Positions 26,236-38,945 of a stretch of DNA of 64,000 nt are shown piece after piece. This stretch comes from Camelus ferus (Eukaryota). Under the pieces are notes generated by a model. The model did not search any database. It was given only the letters and a program-made list of their open reading frames with translations, and had not been told where the DNA came from. The translations under genes were made by a program, and so were the position numbers. The stretch's first letter is position 1, and the number at the start of each line of letters is the position of its first letter. The stretch spans positions 83,826,001-83,890,000 of the forward strand of contig NC_045696.1 of NCBI RefSeq assembly GCF_009834535.1. Direction: 5' to 3'.

Positions 26236-28862
26236 GAGAGTGAAGGAGGAAGTGGTGGATGGCCTAGTTTCCGAGGTGAAGCGGAGCTCTGGGAGTGAGG
26301 GAGGCTGGGTTGGACACACATCATCCAGAGGGTCAGGGGGCTCCTTTCACCCACCCACGTTGTCAGAGTGGCACGGCTCCATTTCTGGATGTTCTGTTTA
26401 TATTCAGTGCTGCATCATGAGAGTTTTGTATTTAGAAGGAAGGAAAAGCTCAGTCGTATTCTTCAGTAAGCAAAGGACACACCCTAATTCCTCAAATCCT
26501 TCTTTTCCCCCCAGATCTTGAGCTAGGTTCTCAAGTCTAGTAGGATTTTGTTCAAATCAGGCACTTCTGAGGGTACTGATGAGACGAAAATTACCATGGA
26601 CTCTAGAGCATTAAATTTGAATGAAAGGAGATATGGGTCTAGCCTCTCTGATTTCTTTGGCCATTCTTTTTATCTTTTAAAATCCAAAATTCCTGTCCCG
26701 TCTGTGCCTGTATTTTATCCTCTTGTAAAACAGGTGTTGATTGTGCTGTCTACATGCTAGAGATGGTGATGAGATAATAGAAAGTACTAGATAAGATAGA
26801 AATAGAAGGATAATAGAAAGGTGATTTCATGAAATCAAGAAGCTGTTCTATACTATATTGTGTATGTTTCTGAAATGGCAAATTTGGTATACCAAGTTAT
26901 TACGTTCAAATTTCTGATGGCTCTAAATTAAGAACTAAACCCATAAATTGAGTAAATAGTAATATAGCAATGAACTGTTCTAAAAAAACTGTATGTTTTA
27001 CAGATATCCCCCAAATTTTAGTACCCAAAGCCTAGAATTTTAACAGATGTATCTGAAATCATTTAGATTATTGATGCTAAAAACATAGAACAACAAATTG
27101 TAATTTTGTGAAATATATGACTAAAATTGTCATTTTTTTACTTCTACCTGAATAGGTCAGATTTTAATTTTATGTGACCCTGTATTCTTATAAATTTTGC
27201 TTGTCCCTGTTGCTTCAGCCCCATGTGCTTTCTTATAAACACAATTACTCCCCCAAATTAAGGTACAACAAAAGTAAAAGAACAAACATGTATCAGACTT
27301 CTCTAGAGGGAAAGCTTGGAAACTTCAATACCTACTAGTGGGCTCACTAACATTTATATGAAACAAAAGGTATATTCAAATACCAGAAACAATGAAGATA
27401 GCCTGAGATACCTTTATGTTCCCTTTACAAAATTATATTTAGAAAATTTAGAACTTTATTGTAACCACATATATAGCTTGTATTTAGAAGGTTCTCAATA
27501 CTTGAGGAATGTCTTACTATCCCTTATGGAAATGAAGAATATAGACGCTAAAGGATAACATATGATTAGGCAGATCTTATGAACAGAGATAAAACTGTAA
27601 AACTCCAAATGAAATTGCCCGTTAGGAAGGTAGCATGACAAAGACTCTTGTTTCATGTTGTACAGAAATGTGATTGAACAAATACTGGCACTAAGAAAAC
27701 TTTTCTTTTTCTTTCTTCCATACCTGTCTCCTTTTTTGCCTCCTCCCTTCCTTCCTTCCTTCATCCTTCAAAATTTGAAGATTAAAATTTAAGTCGTAGC
27801 CTGGGCATCCTTTTTTACATTGTCTCTAAAATTGTTTTATAAAAATGCACTAGTTTGAAAATAATAATACTGATCATAAAGATCGTCTTTTCACAGAGCT
27901 GACAAATAGACTTCCTCTTGGTACAGTGTTTTAAAGAGTGCCAGCAAGTAGGAAAAAATAAAGCTTATAATTATTCACAGAACTTCCACCCATTTAAAAA
28001 CTATTGTTTCACATTCCCACTTCCAATTATGACACAGTTTTTAACATAAAAATCAATGTAACACCCAGACACTGCTTGAGATGTACACATTTTGCTAACA
28101 AAAATAAAACTTCTGTTACAGAACTGCTTCGTGTCTAAACCCCTAAGCAAGATTCCGATCTTTAACTATAGTCAGTAAATTTAGGAAGCTATAAATAAGT
28201 TTCACATACGCATGAAGCTACAGTGTATTTCATCCTGAAAACTGAAGGTGAAAATCTCACTTTTTTAAAGATGAGAGCCAACTAAAACACCAATATCAGA
28301 ACAAAAAATTCAAAAAACCTACAACTCCCCTAATTGTATATTGTCTACATGCTCTGAGAAACGTTTATGAAACAGCTGTAAAATTTAGGAGTGAGGAAAC
28401 AAGGATTGGGTTTTGGCCTCTTATTTAATCTGTTTTGTGGCTTTATTGAGCTAGTGAAAGTCCTGTTTTGTGGTAGTAATTTCATTTAAATGTAACTAAT
28501 AGATACAAACTAATATTAACTCATAACTAATGGCTATTAACTAACAGACATTTCCTTTTGGCTGTTTTATCTATTCTCCCCCTGAAATTCACACATGCTC
28601 TCTGAAACTACATGCCCGGTGTAGTTATAAAGCTTACTGCTGCTAGATAGTAAGTCCGGTTCTCTGTTACAGCAATGATCGCCTGAATTGCATCGCCTGG
28701 TATCGGGGGGAAAGTGGCTTCTTTCTCCCGGCAATCATCATCAGTAACACAGGTTGCATGATTTCACATTTTCAAATGAAATTTAATCCAGGAACACTAC
28801 CTATGTTTGTTTGTTTTTCTTAAGAAATGACTAAGGCTACCTTTAACATTTCACTTGCTTAC

Positions 28863-29005
28863 CTTTCGGACATGCCTTGCTGGTGCGTAAAGTTCCCCTG
28901 GCCTTCACAAAGCTATTTTTCTGAAGACATTTTTCATCCTGCTCCCAGGAGGGGCAGTGAGAGCTGTCCACCAAGAATCTGCAGCCTCTTTTGGGGGTCT
29001 TCCAT
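28863..29005 (-). CDS. Probable first exon. Upstream ATG (29005) frame has stops; downstream in-frame ATG TCC GAA AG (28873-28863) joins exon 22729 in frame
   Basis: Strong donor AAG|gtaagc at 28862. The ATG at 29005 reads MEDPQKRLQILGGQLSLPLLGAG* (TGA 28936, later TAG 28915). The same frame resumes at ggcATG 28873 and ends in phase 2, matching exon 22729. Lies immediately downstream of the X-box cluster. Confidence 0.5.
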
Positions 29006-29014
29006 GTATTCACT

Positions 29015-29155
29015 GTGACCAAGGAAACAAGCTGTTACCTAGCAACCTGGCCCTTTAGGAGATATTGTTACCAATCTCTTAGCACTCATCAAAGGAATTC
29101 CTGTGCTCCTAGAGCAGTGTAACGGTGATCATTGTTTCCAGGGAGTTGCCTAAAC
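29015..29155 (-). promoter_or_regulatory. Putative promoter with RFX X-boxes and MYB site
   Basis: GTGACCAAGGAAAC (29015-29028), GTTACCTAGCAAC (29034-29046), half-site GTTGCC (29145-29150) and MYB-type TAACGG (29120-29125), all directly 5' of the first exon. Confidence 0.6.
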
Positions 29156-30479
29156 TATAGCAGAATTGAACCTTGACTACATAAACCATAAATTATAGCA
29201 GAGGGAACAGACGGCCCTAGCATCCCTGAAAAGTTTCCTGTCTTCAGCTCTATTATTTCTTGAATTGTTTGCAATGTGGCTTGGGTTTAGTTGAAGTGAT
29301 ACTCCTGCAATATATCCCTCAGTATTTGGTTTCTTGCTTCTCTTCTGTAGTTTCAGAGCAAGCAGATGGAGCAAAAGAGAAGTTATTTAATTCCAGTTTG
29401 AACCTTGTACAAATAAAACACTTTGAAGATCAGGAATTCTGCCTTGTTCAGCACAAGAAAAGAAATAGTAGATTTTCATTTCAAAGCAAATTTTTACAAC
29501 CTGTCACAGAAAAGGGAGAGAATATTATATTGTATTGTATACTCACTTATTGGTCCAACAAGTCTGCTCAGAATGCCTACTGTGTGTATAGATAGGGTTG
29601 TGAATTTTTAACTTCATAAGCTGATAAAACAAAAGTTCTCTAAACCTGCTGCTTGCATGCATACTTCCCCCAAATGGAAAAATGTTAGCTGTGCTTTTGA
29701 GGACTGAGAATTTGTCGTTTGCCAAAAGCACAGTAAACACTTTCATAGTTTTTACTGCTTCAGAGAACAAGACATTTGGGAAACCATTTTATTCAAAACA
29801 AGATATCTGGCATGTCTTGGAAAAGGCATTATTTTTTTTTTTTCATTCCTTTTTCCGTGTAGTGGTAATCCATCCATAGACTAAAAATTGTCAGTAACCT
29901 TATAGATGTATCTCATATCAAAAGAATGAAAACATATTCTCCTTCACATTAAGTTCCTCTTAGAACTTTAATTTTCCATTCAAAATGCTTGAGGCTGAAA
30001 CTTAGCATAAAAACCTTCTATGCTAAAAAAATATAATTTGACATATTTGATAAAGATCCACAAATTGATTAGTTTCTTTTCAGATTAGTGTAAGTTTAAA
30101 AAAACTATCAAATATCTAAAATATTACACCTCAAATTTTCTGACTATTTCTCCCATGATAGGAGTAGAGATGCCAAACGTTAGACATTTTTTTCCCGCTG
30201 CCTTTTCTAAGCATCCTCAGGATTTCCCAAGTCCAAAAATTATAGACCAATATTATCCCAAAATGAATCAGATAAGATAAATAAATCACATCTGGTCTTA
30301 ATATATCTTTTTAGTTTTCTAGCCCAAAACAACTATATCCCATACCTCCACCCCCTTGGGCAAAAGCTGTTCGTACTCCAGTGTCTCGAATCTCACTTTG
30401 CTGGAATCCTCAGATGCAGTGTCCCAGATGATTCTCACACCTTCTCCTCTTTTTTTTGACTTCCAAGATCTCTGCTCCC

Positions 30480-31745
30480 ATCCTCACTCTCACTTAGCAA
30501 TCAGAGAAGAAATTCTACAGGGCACCATCATCTGTTTATCCACCTACTCTCATCTACCTGCCTGTTTGCTCTGCTTTCTCCTCATTAACAGGGGTGACAT
30601 CAGTGCTTCTATCTTTATTTGTGAACTAGATCCTATTCCTTTATCTCTATTCAAGACCATTGATCCACAAATTCCTCTGCATCGTCAGTTTCTCTCTACT
30701 GAATCATTCCCACAGAGATACAAACATGTTGTAATATTCCTCATTTAAAGCAGAAAGAAAACCAAAAACACCCTTTGGTCCACTTCTCCATCCAGCTTCA
30801 TCCCATTGCTTTATACCCATTACAACATGTGGGAAAAGCTTTGCAAGTATTGTCTATGCTTGCTGCATCCAGTTCTCTTCCCAGTCTCTCTTCAACTCAA
30901 GTAATGTTTTCACTCCACTGCTTTACTGAAACTACATTTGACAGGCCACTATTGACTTTCAGGTCACTAAATTCAATGGTCATTTCCTTGATCTATCCAC
31001 CGCATTAGAAACATCGAGTTACTGTCTCCTCCCTGAAGCACCCTCTTCATTTGGCTTCTAGGATCTCACACTCCACTAGTTTTCTTTCTACTTTATGATC
31101 TCCTTTGCTATTCTCTACTCATCTCCCCAATCTCTTAATACCACAGCTCAGTCTTCAGACTTCCTTATCTCTTAACTCACTACATTAATGATCTTACCCA
31201 GTCTCATGGCTTTAAAAACAATTTATATGCTAATGATTCCAGTATTTATAACTGCGTCCTAGACCCCTCTCTCTCTCTCAGATCCCAGATCTATATATTT
31301 ACCTGCCAACTTGAATTCCTCTGGATGTTTTATAGTCACCTCAGTCTTAATATTCCAAAAATAAATTCCTATCCAGATTAGCCCCTTTAATACTCTCCAT
31401 CTATTCAAACCAAAAATCATGGAATCATTCTTAACATCTTTCAAACATCACATCCAATCTCAGGTGAAATCCTGTAAGCTCTGTCTTCAAAATATATTTA
31501 GAATCTGACCATCCACCCACTCCATAGCTATTATGAGACCCCATATTTTCTTTTAATGGTATCATTACAACAGATACTTCAGTGGTCTTCTGTTTCAGGC
31601 CATACCTCCCACATTTTATCCCCAAACACAGCACCCAGAGTGATTCTGTTAATATAAAAATCATTCTTCTGATCAAACATTTCAGTGGTTACCTGTCTCA
31701 CAAACAAAGGATCAGCACCTTTACAAGGAACTACAAGGCACTGAT
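30480..31745 (-). mobile_element. L2 LINE fragment
   Basis: L2-type motifs: ttacccagtctcatggctttaaa, aaatcctgtaagctctgtcttcaaaatatatttagaatctgacc, cacagcacccagagtgat. Confidence 0.7.
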
Positions 31746-32671
31746 GTATCTGATGTTAGAAAAAAAGAAGTAATATCTCAAAATTAAAAGTACTTTTGAA
31801 ACGTCCCCAAAACAGTCAAGATTCAAACTGGCTAAGGTTTTTTGACAACTTCCAAGTTGACTAATATCAGCTAAGAACAACTAAACAGTTGGTACATGCT
31901 GTCAAAAAATTCACTTTAAAAAAAAAAAATCCTTCTATTTTTTCTTAAGCTTCAGGACCAGTTAAAAGAAAAAGTATCCCAAATTTGGAACGTGAGCTAG
32001 TAAAAAAAGACTACCATTTACAAGTACTTCTCTGTCTGATGAAGTATTTTCTCAATATTGTGAAATCAAAACAAAAGATAGAATTTGTGGGTAACTTAAT
32101 ACGATGGCAACAGACTAGTTACCAGATCCCTAATACTTCCTCCAAAAATGATACAAAATGGGAAGTATATCTACACAAAAACCATGTATTCAGCAGAACT
32201 TGAGAACAGAGAGTATTAAAATTTCAAAATAGCTATGAATAAAAAAAAAGTTGAGTGTGTCTTTCATGTGCCAGCCCCAGCCTAATTATACAGAAACATT
32301 TTAGGGCAAGCAAAGGCAGTCTGAGAAAAATTGTGGAAAGGGCAGAAAAGGGACGGAGTCCAAAGTAGATCTAAAACTGTCACTAAAAAGATTAACTCCA
32401 GTCTAAATAGAAAATATTGTAAAAGTATCCAGGTACATCAGAGCAAGGACTACAGGAAAAAGACTTCAAAGATGCAAGATATAGAGACACAGGCATGATG
32501 TAAAATGGAATCTTTGAAACACATAACTTCTGGGAGAGAAAAAAGGCAAAATGTAAGTGAGAACTTCCCTTGGGAAATTGGGAGATGGAGAGAAAAAGAA
32601 GAGAAAGGGAAATCTTAAGGTCTTATAAAACAAAGCAGAGTCATTAAATGGAAGGATTCACAATCCTTCCT

Positions 32672-32960
32672 GTGTTACAGAGAATAGTATGTCCCTCAAA
32701 GATGTCCACCTCCTAATACCTGGAACATGGGGCTGTGTTACCTCACATGGAAAAAGGGAAGTAGTTAGCAGATGGAATTGAGGATGTGAATCAGCTGACT
32801 TCAAGACAACGAGGTTTTTCTGGATTATCCAGGTGGACCCAATGTAATCCCAAGTGTCTTTAAATACAAGAGGGAGGAAAGAGAATCAGTATCAGAGAAA
32901 GACTTTGCCAGCCATTGGAAAGATGGAAAGAGGCCACACACCAAGGAATGCTAGCAAAAA
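32672..32960 (+). mobile_element. MLT1 (MaLR) LTR fragment
   Basis: cctcaaagatgtccacctcctaatacctggaac, gttacctcacatggaaaaaggga, tggattatccaggtggacccaatgtaatc. Confidence 0.75.
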
Positions 32961-32964
32961 GTGT

Positions 32965-33850
32965 TATCCATAAAAGAAAAAAATTGATAAACTAGACGTC
33001 ATCAAAGTTAAGAACTTACGTTCTTTGAAAGACACTTGTAAGAGAACGAAAAGACAAAAACTACTTGGAGAAAATACTTGCAGATAACACATATAATATA
33101 TCCAGAATTTCTTTTTTAAAACTCTGAATAGTAATAAAGGATAGAGAGGAACAGAAAAAAATGGACAAAATATTTGAACAGAAATTTGACCAAAGTACAT
33201 ATGGTGAATAAGCACATGAAAAGGTGCTCAACTTCATCAGTCATTAAGGGAATGCAAACTGAAACCACAACAAGACACCATTGCACACCCACTGGAATGG
33301 TTAAAATTAAAATACCAAGTGTAGAGAAATTGGAACTCTCTTATACTTCAGGTGGGAATGTAAAATGATACAACTTGGAAAGCAGGTTGACAGTTTCTTT
33401 AAAAGTCAAACATATGTCTAACCTTAGACCCATTCATTCGACTCCTAACTATTTACCCAGGAGAAATAAAAGCATATGCCATACAAATATCTATACATTG
33501 ATGTCCAATTAGCTTTGCTTGCAATAGTCAATAACTGGAAACAAACCAAATGTCTAAACAGAAGAAGTGAATGGATTAAAAGTTATGGAATATTACCCAG
33601 CATAAAAAGGAATTAACTAATGATGAAAATGTAATCTATAGTGACAGAAAGCAGATTGGTGTTTTTTTGGGAATGAGGCAGGGAATAGGGAAAGGGCAAG
33701 AATGGGATTATGAAGGTGTACAAGAGAACATTTCTGGATGATGGACATGTATATTATCTTAATTGTGATGATGGTTTCACAGGTGTATACGTATGTCACA
33801 ACTTGCCAAATCATATACCTCAAATGTGTGCAATTTATTATATGTCAATC
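32965..33850 (+). mobile_element. Old L1 (L1M-type) ORF2 end and 3' UTR
   Basis: aagcacatgaaaaggtgctcaacttcatcagtcattaagggaatgcaaact; ORF 33174..33368 resembles degraded L1 ORF2 C-terminus (KHMKRCSTS). Confidence 0.85.
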
Positions 33851-36800
33851 ATACACACACACAGAGAAAAAGAGTGTGTGAGAGAGAGAGAGAGTCACAG
33901 AGAAAGAGGAAGAAAAAAAAAAGGAGGAGCAGGAGGATAAGGAGAAAGGAAGCAGAAAGAGAAGAGAAATAAAATGATGCAGAAGTAGAATAAAACTACA
34001 GCAGCCATTTATAAGCCTCAGTCTCAAATTCCTGTGCTCATGGAGACAGCCCTGCTTTTCTCACTGATTGTCTTTATAAGTAATGTATATTTGAGCTTTA
34101 AAATGAACTTAAATGAATGGACTGCTGCTTTAATCTGTTATATACATGGGAGTTCCATATACGTTATTTCTTTACAGGGATGCATTATTTAGAAATATTG
34201 AAAAACCACTGGGTATTTGATACTCAGAAAACCCTTCTAAAAGGAACCTGTGTATTTGTTAGAGGTCCTCCTGATGTATTTTGACTTATCAGACTTTATC
34301 ATGAAATTCCTGGTGATTTGCAGCCCTCGATAGGCAAAGTGATCCCCCCGAGCTCCCTCACCCCCTTCAACATTTCAGGCAGAGTTGTGCTTTTATCTAT
34401 TTTATAAATAGATTTCTGCATGTAAGACTTGGATTGATAGAAGCTTCTTAGGTATTAGCAGTTTCCATGGAAATGGGAACCAGGGCCTGGTGGGGAAAAT
34501 GAACTCGGGATATGGTACCAGGAAAGGGCAGACCGATTTCCAAAACCAGAGCGGGAGGAGCAGAAGCACCAGGGACGTGAAGCATGAGATGAAGAGGGTA
34601 GATTTGAAGACGGTGCCTAATAAGGAGTACCCACCAAACAAGATTACTTGGGGACAACCTTAAATACCTCTACCAAAATTTTAAAAACATGTACAAACGA
34701 CCAGCTAACTAGCCTTCCTCTATTTTTTCCTGCATGTTGATCTTTGCAGTAAGTTCCCTGTCTATATCATTCACTCCTTGTTATCTCTTGTGCCAAACAC
34801 AGTGACTAGAATATCATGGGCTTGAAGTAAGTATTGGTTAAATGAATGAGCAACAGTACAAGGGTGTAAAGTCATCCTTCTGATACGGAAGATGGAGACA
34901 GTCCACGGCTGGGAGGCGGTCATTAAGCTGGAGAATACTTCATAGTGTCACCGTTGGGAAACGCCTGTGTATTTCCACAGGCATCTTACGGAAAGCATTT
35001 CAAGAGCCTTCTTTGAGTGAGAATTCGCTTTCGTTCCCCACTGATTGACCTGTAATCTTCAGAAAAAGAAATGTATATTTTCCTATAATTGTGTAATGAA
35101 TAACTGATCGGAAATCAAGGGAAAAGCTGAGGAAAATTTCATGGTGTATTTCTAAGACAGACGTATGAATCCTGCCTCACATTCTCTTCTCCTGGGGAGA
35201 AAATAATCATGGAAAAAGCATCCATTTCCTTGTAAGATCAAATAGGAGACAAATTAAAGTTTTGCCCTTTCTTTTTCCCGTGGTGTGAAGCTTAGTGTAA
35301 CAGAATTTTGAGGACCTGGCCAGGGTCTGGCACACAATAGGTACTCAGTGGTGCTAGGAAACCAGTGAATTGGAAGTTCTTTGAGAGATGACTTTTCTAG
35401 TTAGGAGAGAATAAGATCTTACCTCCAAAGAGAAATAGGCAGACGGAGGACTTGAGCAGCACCCATTGTAAAACAGACTAGGAGAGTTCTAAACTCAAAC
35501 TGGAAGAAATTGTTATTAGACAATAATGATTAATAGAAAGTATGAGATGAGTTAGGTTTTTGTCATTTTAGATCTTTTTAAATGATCTTTGCTTGATGAA
35601 GAATCTTCTGTCGTAATTATATAAACATGTATGTATATTTGCATGTGTATGTTTATATATATAAAATACAAATTTTTAATCTAAAAATTAACTTACTTTA
35701 AAGTAGTTCATGTTGCAAAGTCATATTGTAAAACAGCAATTTCCAATTTGAGTATTTTATAACGTGAAAAAAAATTTTTAATTAATGAATTGCCATTGAA
35801 TTGATAATTTTTCCCCAAATATGGTAACTGAAAACAACAAAAATACTATATACTTTCATCATCATTTCTAAAATTAAAAGATCTATTAAGTAACCCAAAG
35901 AGGAAAAACACTATCTTAAAGAATATTCCTTTAAATTAACAAAATGTCTCAAAAAAATGTCTCTTTATGAAACTCTACTATATTTTCCCAGTTTACCCTT
36001 GGCTTTGCTGACACTAACTTTAACCCATCTTTGGGTCTTTGGGAGTCACTGTTTTGGAGTCCATTCTAAGAAGGAAACAGTCTGCTGCAGTGTGTGTAAT
36101 GGAGTAGGAACATTCTCTTTATTTAGCAGATTTATCATCCTGAAACTCACAGAGGGCCATAGGGCATGTCATACCAATATAACTCACGTGTTACGGTGTG
36201 ATAACATCATGTGTAAACGAGGGATTTATGTGAAATATGAAGAAAAGCTTTCTTGCTTTCAGATAAATAATGGGGTAAGTTAGCAGCTCAGTTCTGGAGA
36301 CCTAAAATATGAGTACAGGATGGTTCTGTTAAAAGGTGTGAGAGAGTGAACTAAATAATATTTGGGGTTGCCCCAAATCTGATGTTATGGCACTGCTGAT
36401 TCTTGGAATATTAGAATCTTTCTCATACATACATCATCTTTTTTAGCCTAACACATGCTAACTGGTAAGTTCTAAAGATTATACTCTCTACAGTAGAAAT
36501 GGCGGCCAGCCAAATGTCAATGAAACCCACTTTTAAAATTTTTCATTTGCAAAAAATATATGATGTGTGCTAAGGATTCTCCTTTGTTTTACTGATGCCT
36601 GTTAAAATTACTGATGTTTCCCAGTCATAATGAGTTGCTTCTTCAGGGGAAAGGATATTAACAAATGTTCAACATTAAATGAAGCCACTGTATACTCTAT
36701 ACTGTTATGGCACTCTAGTTTTTAATTTCCAAATTTTGGTTAATATACTGATGTTGGCATATGTCACATATACTTGTAAAAAACAGCTTATTCCTGAAAA

Positions 36801-37319
36801 CTCATAATGTTTTTGTTACTTTCCTTTTGAATTCAATTCACCTCTCTTTATAAGTAAAATCACTATTAAGTGCTTATTGACAATCCCTAACAATAAGACT
36901 CCATTTCTGGCTTTATTGTGTTGAATGCCTTGCTTTTAAGTTTCATTTTTCTTGTTTTAATGTGAGATACCTGGTAGAAATGTCTAAAAGCATCAAGTAA
37001 TTTCATTGAATTTGAAATCATTTTAATTAACTGAAATCACTATGTAGCCTGACAGCTCTGAGAGAAGTGATTAAAAAGAATTACAGTAAATACCAAACAA
37101 AAATCAAATTATATTTACTCTCATTTTCTTCAATAGGATTCATTGTTCATCCCATATTCCAATGGCAAAGTTTGACAGCAGTAAATACGGTGACTAAGGC
37201 CACAATGCTGAATGGTCATCGATTATTAAATCATAGGATAAATCAATTGTTATAAACAGCTTTCACCTAAACTTAAACTATTTTTCAGATGATCAAAAAT
37301 TCTATCATGTTCATTAATA

Positions 37320-37705
37320 AAATGCATTTAGCTTCTACTGTGTATGCTGGGCACTGTGCTAAGTGACAGAAATACAGTAGTAAACAAGTTAGATTTTTTT
37401 AAAGAAGAAACTTACATTGCAAAGGTGAAAAAAGTAACAGGAAATTATTAATTAGCATGGAAAGTGCTATAACAAAAGTAACCATAGAACAGTATGGAAT
37501 CACTTAGAAGGGACACAGTGCATTGGGATGGTGGAGAGTTAGAGACGACTTTCTGAAAGAGCTGGCCTGTAGGCCAACACTGGGAGTTCAGCAGGGGTCA
37601 GGTAGACGAAGAAAAGGACAGGAGTGTTTCCAGAGAAGAGACAGCAAAGGCAAAACACTGGAGGTGAGAAAGCATTGTTATTTGGGCATCTTTGGTAATT
37701 TAGTG
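37320..37705 (+). mobile_element. L2 3' fragment
   Basis: tactgtgtatgctgggcactgtgctaagtg…ttccagagaagagacagcaaaggcaaaacactggaggtg. Confidence 0.6.
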
Positions 37706-37711
37706 TGGTTA

Positions 37712-38402
37712 AAAAATAAAACCAAAAGCTGTTTCTTTGAAAAGATTATTAAAATTAATAAACCTTTATCCAGACTAAGAAAAAAAGAGAGGACACAAAT
37801 TACTGATGTCTGAAGTTAAAGAAGGGACATCACCATAGATCTCATGGATGTTAAAAGGATAATAAAAGAATATGAACAATTATATGCCCACAGACTTGAT
37901 AACCTATATAAAATGGATCAGTTCCTTGAAAGACATAATCTGCCAAAAGTCACACAAAGAAGAAAATAAACCATCTGAATAGGCCTAAATCTATTAAAGG
38001 TATTTAATCAATAATTAATAACCTTCTGAAACAGAAAGTACCAGGGGCCAGATAGTTCACTGGTGAATTCTACTAAACATTTAAGGAAAAAATTTTACTA
38101 AATCTGGACAATCTCTTTCAGAAGACAGAAGCAGAGGGAGTACTTCATAACTCATTCTATGAAGCCAGCATGAACCTTAATGCCAAAACCAGACAAAGAC
38201 ACTACAAGAAAAAAACCACACACCAGTATTTCTCATAAACATAGATGCAACATAGATGCAAAATTTCTCAAAATATCAGCAAATTGAATCCAGCAATAAA
38301 GAAGAAAAGTCACATGGTCAAATCAATAGATGCAGAAAAAACATTTGAAAAAATCCAACAGCATTCATGATGAAAAAAAAAAAAACTCTCAGTAAGCTAG
38401 GG
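37712..38402 (+). mobile_element. L1 ORF2 fragment (degraded)
   Basis: KTKSCFFEKIIKINKPLSRL; actcattctatgaagccagcat; tcaatagatgcagaaaaaacatttgaaaaaatccaaca. Confidence 0.9.
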
Positions 38403-38559
38403 AAAAGACAGTGGAGTATTTCTTTTGGCTATAACTTAAATCTTTAAATCAGTTTAAATTGTATTTTATTTTTGTGGTAAATTGTATATTTAGGTATCAC
38501 TTTCCAACTTAAAAAGTTAAATTTTCATTTTTCAGGAAAGTAAATATACAGACAGTGAT

Positions 38560-38945
38560 AGATTTTTAGTCAGGTTATTGAGGTATAATTTCTGTATAAT
38601 AACTTCATGTATTTTGACTACTATATGAATTTTGAAAAACACATACTGTCGTGTAACCACTAGCACAGTCAAGAGGAAAGCAGTTCTATTATTCCCAAAA
38701 TTTCCTTTGTGTACCATTGTAGCCAACCTCTTCCCCCCACCTCCATTTGCTAGTGAATAGTGATTTGTTTTCCGTACCTACAGTCTTCCATGTTCCAGAA
38801 TGTCACTAAAATATAACCATACTGTATGTAACTTTTGAACCTGGATTCTTTCCCTTATTACAATGCATTTGAGGTTTACTGATATTGTTGTCTGTACTGG
38901 CCATTGTTCCTTTTTATTTCTGAATAATAGTCCATAAGTATATGG
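38560..38945 (-). mobile_element. Old L1 3' UTR fragment
   Basis: gttattgaggtataattt…gtgtaaccactagcacagtcaag…ttccagaatgtcact…attgttcctttttatttctgaataatagtcc. Confidence 0.7.

Noticed and set aside
30356..31773. Cluster of ORFs up to 130 aa
   Set aside because: They overlap a degraded L2 and show no domain or splice support.
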